DNA of 64,000 nt from an uncultured Lachnospiraceae bacterium (GTDB lineage Bacteria; Bacillota; Clostridia; Oscillospirales; CAG-272), in contig CAYOFP010000008.1 in assembly GCA_964403505.1 (NCBI GenBank), positions 1,750 to 65,749 on the forward strand. Direction: 5' to 3'. Numbering within the stretch: the first letter of the stretch is position 1; each line of letters starts with the position of its first letter. Under the pieces are notes generated by a model. That model was given only the letters and a program-made list of their open reading frames with translations. It searched no databases and was not told the origin of the DNA. The translations under genes and the position numbers were made by a program. Below, piece after piece: positions 1 to 10,500 of this stretch.

Positions 1-2
1 TA

Positions 3-533
3 TACAAGGGTGAAAAGCTTGCGAAACTTTATAAAAACGCTCTGATTCAAGAGCAGCTGACCGATGCGTTACTTTATGCCCAGCTCCTCGCTGATCTTTG
101 CGATGACTCCGGCTGCGCACTCTACACGGATGAGGAAAAGCTCAAAATCCATCAGAAGATTTTGGATGTATACAAAATCATATTTGAGGATGAGGACTTC
201 GATTTCTTCTCGCAATTCCTTGTATTTTCAAATAAATCAATGGCATACATCTACGCCAAATCCGGAGATGCCGACAAAGTGATCGCTCATCTGGAGGAAG
301 CGGTCAAATATGCGGCCGTGTTTGAGACGTACGATTGGGAGCATGTCAAAACATCGCTTCTGTTCCGTGGCCTTTGCGACGGCGGATGGGTGAAAGGCGC
401 TCCGGACGAAAAGTCATGGGTTATTACCCAACTGGCAGAATGGATGCAGAACGATGAGGACTTTGATTTTGTACGCAATGATGCACGCTTCAAGGCCGTG
501 TGCGATATGCTGAGTAAAATAACGGGAGAATGA
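3..533 (+). CDS. XRE-family regulator with helical/TPR-like domain, C-terminal part (5' end outside window)
   Basis: Frame is open from position 3 (YKGEKLAKLY...). IIFEDEDFDFF...HLEEAVKYA...FDFVRND resembles the C-termini of the XRE proteins at 2049-3143 and 47021-48094. Confidence 0.7.
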   Translation, partial: YKGEKLAKLYKNALIQEQLTDALLYAQLLADLCDDSGCALYTDEEKLKIHQKILDVYKIIFEDEDFDFFSQFLVFSNKSMAYIYAKSGDADKVIAHLEEAVKYAAVFETYDWEHVKTSLLFRGLCDGGWVKGAPDEKSWVITQLAEWMQNDEDFDFVRNDARFKAVCDMLSKITGE

Positions 534-567
534 ATGGCGTCTTGACCTACTTCTACTGTTTAAGAAC

Positions 568-595
568 AAGGGCTCAAGTCCCTTCATCCACACCA
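568..595 (+). other. tRNA 3'-end remnant (T-arm, acceptor 3' strand, CCA); possible att scar
   Basis: AAGGG-CTCAAGT-CCCTT-CATCCAC-A-CCA has a T-stem/loop and CCA end, but no 5' half upstream. Confidence 0.55.
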
Positions 596-629
596 AAAAT
601 GCAAGTTTCGATAGAAACTTGCATTTTTT
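596..629. terminator. bidirectional intrinsic terminator
   Basis: aaaatgcaagtttc-gata-gaaacttgcattttt hairpin between convergent genes. Confidence 0.75.
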
Positions 630-755
630 CTATTTATTAATCGTCATAATGTCCTCACAAGCTGAAACAATAATTGCACTATTTATTCCTTATAAACAAT
701 TCTGTTTGTATCTTCAAAAGCTATGATTCTTAACGAAAAAAACTGCGACCTGAAT

Positions 756-1361
756 CTATTTTATCAAGGACAATAGTTCATCTTTACTTAACCAAGGTTT
801 TTTTCTATGTATCATACTGTGACAATTAGAACACAACAAAACAATATCTTCCACATGAGTTTTTTCACCCTGTTTCATTTCTGATACAGGTTTTATGTGA
901 TGACCTTCAATAAATCCTTTTCCAATTTTTCCATATGTTTCTTCAAAATCAAATCCACATATTTCACATTTAAGTGTACCATTTTTCTTTAAATATTCAT
1001 TTTTTGCTTTTGATATTACCTGATGATTTCTTTCTCTAACGATATGTTTTCTTATAAGTTTTCTTCCTTCTGAAAACGATGAATCATCCTGCGTAATATC
1101 CATATTACGTTCATCGGGCTCAAAATCTTTTAAACCCCAGATACCTTCTCCCAAACCATCTACCGAATAAAATAAATCATCTTTGCCATCATAAGCTTTT
1201 GAATCGGAAGATGCACGTTCAAGGGTACCTCTAACTGTGGCCTGCCAAGTAGTAGGTAGGCTATTTTCAAAATTATCTTCAATATATTTATATATGTCTT
1301 TTAAGTGAGCTTCTCCTCCTAAATGCTCCAGTGCATCACGAAGCCTCATTTTCCATGTCAT
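756..1361 (-). CDS. HNH endonuclease (McrA-like) with N-terminal winged-helix-like domain; putative modification-dependent restriction enzyme
   Basis: EGRKLIRKHIVRERN...CEICGFDF...FIEGHHIKPVS...LLCSNCHSMIH motifs; GGAGG RBS; AT-rich. Confidence 0.8.
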   Translation of the reverse strand: MTWKMRLRDALEHLGGEAHLKDIYKYIEDNFENSLPTTWQATVRGTLERASSDSKAYDGKDDLFYSVDGLGEGIWGLKDFEPDERNMDITQDDSSFSEGRKLIRKHIVRERNHQVISKAKNEYLKKNGTLKCEICGFDFEETYGKIGKGFIEGHHIKPVSEMKQGEKTHVEDIVLLCSNCHSMIHRKKPWLSKDELLSLIK

Positions 1362-1549
1362 AAGACCACCTCCTATTAAAATAATTATATCAGAAAAACA
1401 GAGATGTGTCTACTGCTATAATATTACTGTTTATTGACTGCTCAAAACACTTTGTTTTACGCGATTTTGTAAGGCCGCTCGCACCAAACAGTATAAAACC
1501 GAACCTTAAACCAATCGGTGAAGGGTTTGGATTTGTCATTTTCTTTGAC

Positions 1550-1869
1550 TAGACAATACAATCAGCATACAATGCGCCTACCGCAGAACCCCCAAAGCTC
1601 ACTACGTTCGCTTCGGGGAACCCCGCGCGCAGTCGAATTCGTCCTCCGACTGCGTTATCGTCCTTGACAAACGCATAGTTTGCCTGCGTCCTCTGCCTTG
1701 TCGGAAAACGAATTCGACTGTGTGAGGTCGAAGATTTTTCACACAATTCCCGTCGATGGATGCAAGGTGCGCACTTGCAGGCGTATTGTCCATACGCCAA
1801 AAGGGCGCACCGTAGCAGGTGCGGCGGAAATTGCGTGAAAAACGCATTGTTTGTTGATTGTATTGTCTA
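1550..1869. mobile_element. MITE-like non-autonomous element with 27-bp terminal inverted repeats
   Basis: tagacaatacaatcagcatacaatgcg (1550-1576) matches the reverse complement of 1843-1869 with 2 mismatches. Both ends are TA, there are nested internal hairpins, and the interior is GC-rich in an AT-rich context. Confidence 0.7.
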
Positions 1870-2048
1870 TCCGAACTTTAATGCAAAATCATAAAATTAA
1901 AATTCGGAGGTCTATTGAAATGAAAGACAATTTACAAAACATCGTTAGCAAGAGAAAATAAAGAATAATGTTTTGTGTTTTGAGCTTAGGAAACAAGAGC
2001 TATATTAAAACACCCCGCCCATGAATATTTCCAAAGGCGGAGCGTTTG

Positions 2049-3143
2049 TCAGTATTCATTTCTTCCCGCATAAGGAATAAGACGTTCTTTTAAACGCTGT
2101 ATTACCGGATGATCTTTTACGAATTCAAATTCTTGGCGGTCAAGGCAGTTTAATATTTTCATTGCATCATTATCACTGTCAGAAAAACTGACTCCGATAG
2201 AGTTTTCCGTCATCTCTCTGAACAGTAATGATGAATGAATATACTGATCTTTTTGCATGAATTCCATAAAACGAATTGCATGGTCTGTAGCTTTTTCCAA
2301 ATGATAAAAAGCAAGTGATTTATCTTTTTGGGATGCATAGAACAGCGCTTGATCACAATGAGTCTCAGAAAGCAATCCTTCGTAAAATCCATAATCTCCG
2401 TTTTCAAACATCAACGCAAGAAATGCAACAATCTTATCTCTCAAAGCGGCAATTTCATCTTCAGAATAAAGATATTTACCGGAATCCAACTTATAATTAC
2501 AGGAAATTCGTCTCGATAAAAACTGAACCAGATCAAAGGTTAAATCCTGTTTATACTTTATCCCCTCAGTTCCGTTATATATCTTGGCCAGCATAAACTC
2601 ACGGCTTTGGCACATGATAGGCATTTTGAATGCCATTTCCATAGCTTTTTCCATATCACCGTTTTCTGCATAAGAATCACACAAATAATAGGTGGCGGAA
2701 TGTCTGATGAAATCATCATTACAATTTTCAAGGATCAAATTGCAATAATGCTTACATTCCTCTTTGAGTTTTTCATTATAATCTGAATAACAACTCCACT
2801 CAATAATATATGCCATGACGATATAGTCTCCGGGAAATTGTCTGATTGCTTTATGAAAAATCTCAAATGCTTCCTTTTTATATCCGTTTTTAGCGAGACG
2901 AGAACCTTCATCGAGTAACCTGTCCCGTTCTGTCGTCTTCTGAATAATATCAATTCCTAAAAGTTTATCAGATGTAATATCGAAAAAATTGCACAATGCG
3001 GGCAATTGCGATATATCAGGAGTCGTACGGTCGCACTCCCATTGGGAGATGGCTTTTGATGAAATTCCGAGATATTCGGCAAGGTCTTCCTGAGTAAGAT
3101 TTTTCGAGCGGCGAAGGGATTTAATCGTAGAACCTATAGACAT
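2049..3143 (-). CDS. XRE (HTH_3) transcriptional regulator with TPR-like C-terminal domain
   Basis: MSIGSTIKSLRRSKNLTQEDLAEYLGISSKAISQWE HTH. Start set at ATG 3143, preceded by a GGAG RBS. Confidence 0.85.
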   Translation of the reverse strand: MSIGSTIKSLRRSKNLTQEDLAEYLGISSKAISQWECDRTTPDISQLPALCNFFDITSDKLLGIDIIQKTTERDRLLDEGSRLAKNGYKKEAFEIFHKAIRQFPGDYIVMAYIIEWSCYSDYNEKLKEECKHYCNLILENCNDDFIRHSATYYLCDSYAENGDMEKAMEMAFKMPIMCQSREFMLAKIYNGTEGIKYKQDLTFDLVQFLSRRISCNYKLDSGKYLYSEDEIAALRDKIVAFLALMFENGDYGFYEGLLSETHCDQALFYASQKDKSLAFYHLEKATDHAIRFMEFMQKDQYIHSSLLFREMTENSIGVSFSDSDNDAMKILNCLDRQEFEFVKDHPVIQRLKERLIPYAGRNEY

Positions 3144-3476
3144 AATTTTATTCTCCTTTGATTGATTCAAAAGCACTTTTGTAAGTATATTATATACCGA
3201 CAGAGAAAAAAGAAAAGGAATCATTTTAATAGAAAAAGTATAGTGTTACTGGAGTTATATTATGTTACCGAAACAATAACACATTGGTTTCACATAACAT
3301 AATCGGCGGTTGCACTTTTGGAATAAATATTTGCTTTTTCAGAGCAACCGAAAGCTTTGAGATTATTTCTACAAAAATCCTCTGAAACACCGACTGCATT
3401 TCATTCTCCGGAAAATCCGAATGAATCACCTCGAGAATCTTCTCAAAAACGGGTCTTAATCCCTTTTCGTTAAAAA

Positions 3477-3997
3477 ATGATTACCCGAAAGGCCGTATGC
3501 CAGGACAAGATGTTCGCACATGCTTCCCGAAACATTCAGAAAGATTTTTGTAAAAGGAGTGAAAAATATGCAGAGCTTTTATTGCTTTCCGTTCGGCAGA
3601 TAATGACGGCACATAAGCTTGTCGTAGATCGGGACGGAAACAATCTTTACATTTCGAAAGAATGTTATTCAGACGGCTGTGCCGGTCACTTACCCCTCTG
3701 CACCTTGAAGGAGAAATTGCCTGTTACAAGCGGGTGCCATATGGTGTGCCGCTTGATTCACGTGAAAAATACACGAAAGCCGACTGGCTTGTATGGGCGG
3801 CACCACTCGCTGACAATAAAGATGATTTTAATCTGTTTATCGATTCTCTTTGGTCAGCGTACAATACAATGCGCATACATGTGCCTATGACCGATTGGTA
3901 TTTTTGCGATACCTCGCATATGCGCGGTTTTCGTCACAGAACCGTTGTAGGCGGTCTGTTTATAAAGCTGCTGATTCTTTTGTCCTCAGTGAATTGA
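3477..3997 (+). pseudogene. glutaminase A (GtaA; DUF4965/DUF1793-like) remnant with internal deletion and frame change
   Basis: One frame gives KYAELLLLSVRQIMTAHKLVV..NLYISKECYSDGC (central GtaA motif). Another gives YGVPLDSREKYTKADW..VPMTDWY..FRHRTVVGGLF (GtaA C-terminus). Confidence 0.7.
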
Positions 3998-4314
3998 ATT
4001 AAATAGGACCGTTTGTCCTGAATTAATTATACAAGTATCACAGAGCAATGTAAATATATTTTTTTAATATTGAGCATCTGAATTTCAATGTTATTTTTGA
4101 ACGGACAAAAACATTATGCATGGCGCTCTTCATCGATAGAGTTTCAAAAAATGGCGTGCAAGTTCGTGAAATTCAGAGTTGAATCACCGAGAAAATGATG
4201 CGAATTCAATGCGATAACATAATTCTCTGAATTAAGCATTCAAAAAATAGCGGTTGGATTCGATTTTTCATAAAGCATTCTGTGAAGGCGCTATTGTTTT
4301 TTCGGTTGCGGATG

Positions 4315-4343
4315 TTGACACGCTCTATAAAATGGAATATAAT
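4315..4343 (+). promoter_or_regulatory. consensus sigma-A promoter of the Rhs gene
   Basis: TTGACA (4315-4320), 17-bp spacer, TATAAT (4338-4343). Confidence 0.8.
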
Positions 4344-4511
4344 GTAAATATAATATGAGGAAATTATCCGGCGAGATATTGTTAATGTACCGCGGTTAAA
4401 TTCGGGATTGTGAAAAAATTCAGTTTACAGATAGAGCGGTACATCATATGAGACATGATGTTGCCGCTTTTATAGAGATTATTTTACAGGAGTTATAGAA
4501 AGGACAAGAAA

Positions 4512-7500
4512 ATGAAAAACACGTATCGACTTAAAGTATTAAGCGTAATCATGACTTTGGTGATGCTCATTATGGCAATACCCGTCGGGGTCTTTGCTCT
4601 TGATGAGGGCGAATCGGTATTGGAGACATTGCCGGAGGAAGAAGTCTCGATTCAGAATACTTATGACGAATTTGAGGATATGTCGGAGCCTGCCGAAGAG
4701 TCAGAGGCGTATGTACTCGGCGAAATGGAGGAACTGCGTGAGAGCGATTCCAAGCAATTCCGCATGTCGGACGGAAGCTACACGACAGTTTCATATACCT
4801 CGGATGTACATTATGAGGCAGACGGGGCATGGAAAGAGATAGATAATACGCTCCTTCCGAAAGAGGAGGGAATCGTAAACACGGCATCGGATATTCAATA
4901 TACTTTTACAGCGGATACCGATTCACTGCCGGGCGTTACCGCCGTTTCAGGCGACTATCAGGTCAGCTTTTCCGGTGTTCCGGAGGAAGAACGGGCGACC
5001 GTGAGCGATGATCTGCAGCCGGCAGCGGAAGAGGCGGTCGTTATCGCCGATACAACAGCAGATACAGAAACTGAGGATGAACCGAACGACATCGCACAGG
5101 ATATAGCTCCTGCCGAAAACGCTACGGAAAGCGCAGAGGCCGATGTCGAGCCGACTTTGCCCGAGTTTGAACTCGAAATTTTGAATCCTCAGACAGAAAT
5201 TGCTGCAGATTTGCAGGAAACTGAGGATAAATATCCCACTTTAGGGGAGGCTGCAGCCGTAGATACCGTAGCGTCAGCCGTTAAATATAACGAGGTAACC
5301 GGCGGTGATAGCTATGTTTATGAATTGCAAGGCCGCGATCTGAAAGAAAGCGTTATCATAAATACCCCACGAGAGGACTATACTTATCACTTTGAGTTGA
5401 ATCTTGCCGGACTCACCGCCGTGTTGACGGAAAGCGGAGATATTTCTCTGTGCGACGGCGAGAATGAAATATTTGTAATGCCTGCGCCGTATATGCTTGA
5501 TGCAGACGGTGCATATAGCGATGCGGCGGCATATACGCTGAGCGAGCTTCCCGAAGGAGGCTATGCGCTTACCCTTACCGCCGATGCGGCTTGGATCAAC
5601 GCTGCCGAGCGTGCGTTCCCGGTGATTATTGATCCGTCGATCTATGTCACAAACCCGAGCAGTAGCGGCACAAAGATCACGGCAGAATGTATTTATGTCG
5701 GCTCAGACGGCGTCAGCCACGACTTTAATGATACATATTTTAAAGTGGGCAGAGAAGGAAACACAAAATATTACTCTTATCTTAAGGTAAATAGCTTGCC
5801 CATCATTCCGTATAATGCGAGATTTTGCAAAGCGTGGATCGGACTGCAGGGTATCTCGTATTATGCTGCGTCAAGCACAAACTTCAGTGCCTTCGATTTT
5901 TATGCGCAGGAGGCGCTCGGAAATTGGAAATCTCAGTTTACGGGTACGAAAAACAGTAATCAGCTCGTCGATTATATCACCATGAAGAAAAGTGCTTTGT
6001 ACTCACCGGTAGAGTTCGAAGTGACTCGGCAGGCAGAAAAATGGTATAGCGATGCATCAACAAACAACGGCATTGTTTTGTTTGCAAAACAAACTGACGG
6101 AAATGAATTAGATGAAAACTGTCAGGTCTGGATGCATATCCCGAGGTATCAGAGTGATAACGGTAAGGTCGCAATGCCGTACTTTGCGGTCAATTATCAG
6201 AATATTCAGGGACTTGAGAGCTACTATTCCTATCAGAACTTTAGTGCAGGGCGAGCAGGAGCGGCGTATGTCTCGGCGTATACCGGCGCATTGACACTGG
6301 TACATACCGATGTGAGCGACGCTTATACCCTGTCTCATGTATATAACAGTAACTATGCAGGCTGTATTTTCTCGTTATCTGAAACGGATTCAGGCAATAA
6401 CCCTATTTTCCATACGGTGAATTATGACAGTATGGTGATCGGCAAGGGATGGAAACTGTCCGCACAGGAAAGCGTCGTGACGCAGGCATTCACAAACTAT
6501 GACGGCACGCAGGGAGAGTATGCCATTTATACCGATGGAGACGGCACAGAGCACTACTTCCATTCCGCCGCTGCAAATCAGTTTAAGGATGAGGACGGTC
6601 TGGGTCTTACTTTGTCGCGCAGCGGCAACAACTTTACCATGACGGACGATAAAGGCAATATAAAGTTCTTTGTATACGGCTATCTGACATACATCAAGGA
6701 TTCTAACGGAAATATCACTGCCTTTGTGTATAATAATAAAACGTTCCAGGAAGGCAGCACCGCATGGTATCCGAGTGCGAGCGGGAATAAGCTGACTAAG
6801 ATCGTTCAGAAGAATGACGGAAAAGACGCATATACCGTGGCGACCCTCGGATATTCGGGAAATCGGCTGATCTCCATTACCGACCGATATGGTAAAGTGA
6901 CGAACTGTGGCTCGAGTACCACTAGCTATCAGCTTAATGAGGTGACCGAGCCTGACGGGACGACGCTCTACTACTATTACGGCGGAGGCGACCTGAAAAT
7001 GAGCGGCGCTTATGACGGTGAAAGTAAGGCCGGTCTGCTCTTTACCTATCTTTCAGGAAAGGCGTATGTCAATAAGGTTACGGTATATGCCAAAAACAGC
7101 GCAAGTGAGAATGTGACGAACCGTATCTATTACTTTAACTTGGGGACTAAGGGGTATACCAAGGTGCGCGACTGCGGCAGGGATAATAGCACCTCCACCC
7201 CGGACGATGTTATCGGCCATTATGTTTTAGATAATTACGGCCGTACGGTCTCGTATGCCGTGACCAATCAGTACGGAAATACGCTTTCCGCATTCGGCGG
7301 TACATATCAGCCGCACGAGACAGGCAAGGAAACAAGTAAAAAGAATAATCGCCTGCTCTCAGAGGGCTCGTCGGGAGCAGTGGCGCAAAATAAACTGCGG
7401 AACGGCGACGGAGAAAGCCTTGTCGAATGGGGCATGCCATATACGGTATCCGGTTATTATTCGACCGGACGGAATTCCAAAGCAAAAAAATCCGGTAAAT

Positions 7501-10500
7501 ATTCGATTTCGGTAAATTTAGAGAAACCGCTGCAAAGCGCCTCTGCATCTCAGACGGTAAATATTTTGACGGAAGGTTACTATAATGTAACAGCATATGT
7601 AAAGTCATCTTATTTGAATACTACTGACACGAAAATGTCCGGTGCATATCTCGATGTGAAAGGGTCGAATTATGATATCGTGCGTCAGGATATCCTGAAG
7701 GAAACTACCGATACGGCAGTAAACGATGGTTGGAGGATGCTGACAACGATTGTGCATATCAAACAAAAGGGCGACTATACCTGTCATTTGAAACTGGATC
7801 AGTGTAGAGGAACGGTCTATTTCGACGAGATCCGTTTGACTGACGGACGGGATGGCAGTGCATTCAATCTCATCGAAAACGGTAATTTTGATTACGGTCT
7901 CGACGGAGCGAGCAGCACGGTCGGGGCATCCATCATTAATGTGAAGAACCGAAACGGTGCATGGAGTGATGCGCTCAATATGACAGGAGACCCGCAGACT
8001 CAGTCGCTGTATTCAAAGAGAGTCGATATCACCCTGCCAGCTGCCGAGGCGCAGAATACGACCTTCCTTTTGTCCGGGTGGGCATATGCACGCTCGCTTC
8101 CCATAACCCAGGACGACCGTACCTTCCAGCTTTCAGCACAGATTCACTATGCCGACGGCGATTATCAGTATGTGTCAGCTCGCTTCAATGCCGATGTAGC
8201 AAGTGAATGGCAGTATGTGTGCACGCCGGTCGTGCCGAATAAGAATAAGGCGATCACGGGAATTACCGTACATTGCTCGTTCAAGAAAAACAGCGGATTT
8301 GCATATTTTGATGACCTTGCGCTTACGATGGAGCCGTGTGCGACCTATCGGTATAATGACGACGGAAAGCTGACCGCCGTCAATTCGACCAACCACGATG
8401 AAATGCAGTATCAGTATTCGGGAGCGGATCTGCTCTCCTCCTCCGGTGGGGCAGGCGGAGATTATTCCTATACCTACGACAGTGCGCATAATATTACAAA
8501 GGCGGCAAACGAGGGTCTTTCCCAGACGATGACCTATGATGCGGCAGGCCTCATGACCTCTACCACGCTGAAAGGCGACGGGGCAGCTCCCTATCTTAAG
8601 ACCTCTGCGACATATACCGCCGACGGCTCAAAGTTATTATCTGTCACCGATGCCCTCGGTAATACCTCCTCGTATCAGTATTCTTCGGGCGGTAAACTCA
8701 CATCGGTCACGAGTCCTGAGTCAAGTACGATTGACCCGTTAGGCGAAACGGGTACAGTCACGACAAATACGATGGTCGACGACGCCGGGCGTCCCTGGAG
8801 AACATATATTAACGGGGTTGCATCGGTCGGATACACCTATTCCGGCGGTAACCTCAGTTCGGTCAGCCGCGGCGGATATATCAGCGGTGTTACTGACAAA
8901 CAGACGCAGAAATATTCGTTTACCTATGACCTGTTCGGTAACTGTCTTGATACCAAGGTCGGCGATCGTACGCTGATTACAAATACCTATGATGATAAAT
9001 ATACCACCCTGACTAGATCCACATACGGGAATAATTATATTATCGATTATGAATACGACGAGCTCGAGCGCCTAACCTCAAAGGATGAACTGTATTGGAA
9101 GGAGGAGTATGCCTACGATAAGAACGGTAAGATCTCGTGGATGAAGGCATCGTCTAATGTGTATAATGATGTCGTTCGCACGACTACCTATGAGTATGAT
9201 ACGCTCGGCAGACTGATCTACAGCTTAGAGGTAGATGAGTCAGGGAAGACACTGCGCTATGTCAAGAATAAATATAATAATAAAAATCAGCTGACGGAAT
9301 GCACGTTCTATGACGGCAAACAGATACAGACGCAGAGCTATACTTATAAAGCTGACGGCAGTATTGATACCTTTAACGTTACAAACGGCGATAAGATCAC
9401 AAATACCTATGACAGCCTGAAGAGGATCAGTCAAAAGACTATCGACCATGACAGTAACGCCTCATACAAGTGTACTGTTAAAACGGAGTATGTTAATAGA
9501 GGCAGCGAAAATCAGACGACCGGTCTGGTTGAGAGTGTGCGTTACGGATATAAGAATAATGACAATTCCTTCACCTCCGGTAGCAGGGTTCGTGACTATA
9601 AGTATATGTATGAGTACGATAATATCGGAAATATTACCCGTGCATATTATCGGACGGCAGGCTCTGACGGACATTATACAGATCATGAGGTAGGCAGATA
9701 TTTCTATGACGAGCAGAATCAGCTTGTCATGGAGAAGGTGTATGACGGCGATTACACACTATTATATGAATATGACACCTACGGGAACATCCGCGAGGTG
9801 AGGAAGTATGACAGCACGGACTTTGACTATCCGGGAGAAGCTTTTTCGTACGGCACACCCGTAAGCACTGAGACCTATGGCTATAATGACGACACATGGA
9901 AAGACCTCCTGACCTCATATAACGGTTATCTGTTTAAATACGATAAGATAGGAAATCCGACAAAATATCAGAATAGTGAAAAATACTATGATATGTCGTG
10001 GAACGGCAGGATTCTGAGGGGCGCCTGGATGGGCGCAGATTATTGTATCTTCGATTACGATTCATCCGGACAGAGGGTAAGCAAAACGACCAAAGACGGA
10101 GAATACACCTATCTGTACTACGGCACAAAGCTGATGCAGTACGGGAAGGAAGGCGAATATGACCTGTACTTCTTCTACGATGATAACGATCAGCCACTCG
10201 GATTCTATTACACTGATGTATTTACGAGCGATACCGGAGACAAATATTACTTTGTGTTAAACGCACAGGGTGATGTCGTACAGATACGTGATAAAACGAA
10301 TGATGTGGTCGCAAACTACCACTATGACGCATGGGGCAAGCTACTGTCGATTACCGATGCCGACGGAGATGCAATTACAAATAAACTCAGCATTGCATTA
10401 AAAAACCCCATCCGCTACCGTGGATATGTTTATGACAACGAGACAGGATTCTACTATCTCAACACAAGATACTACGACCCGAGCCTGAGACGGTTTATTA

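Noticed and set aside
1549-1847. two short minus-strand ORFs
   Set aside because: Lie inside the palindromic MITE-like element; no RBS or transposase motifs.
1906-1961. GGAGG RBS plus 13-aa ORF MKDNLQNIVSKRK as a signalling peptide for the XRE-TPR regulator
   Set aside because: No hydrophobic export signal; more likely a gene remnant; cannot be supported.
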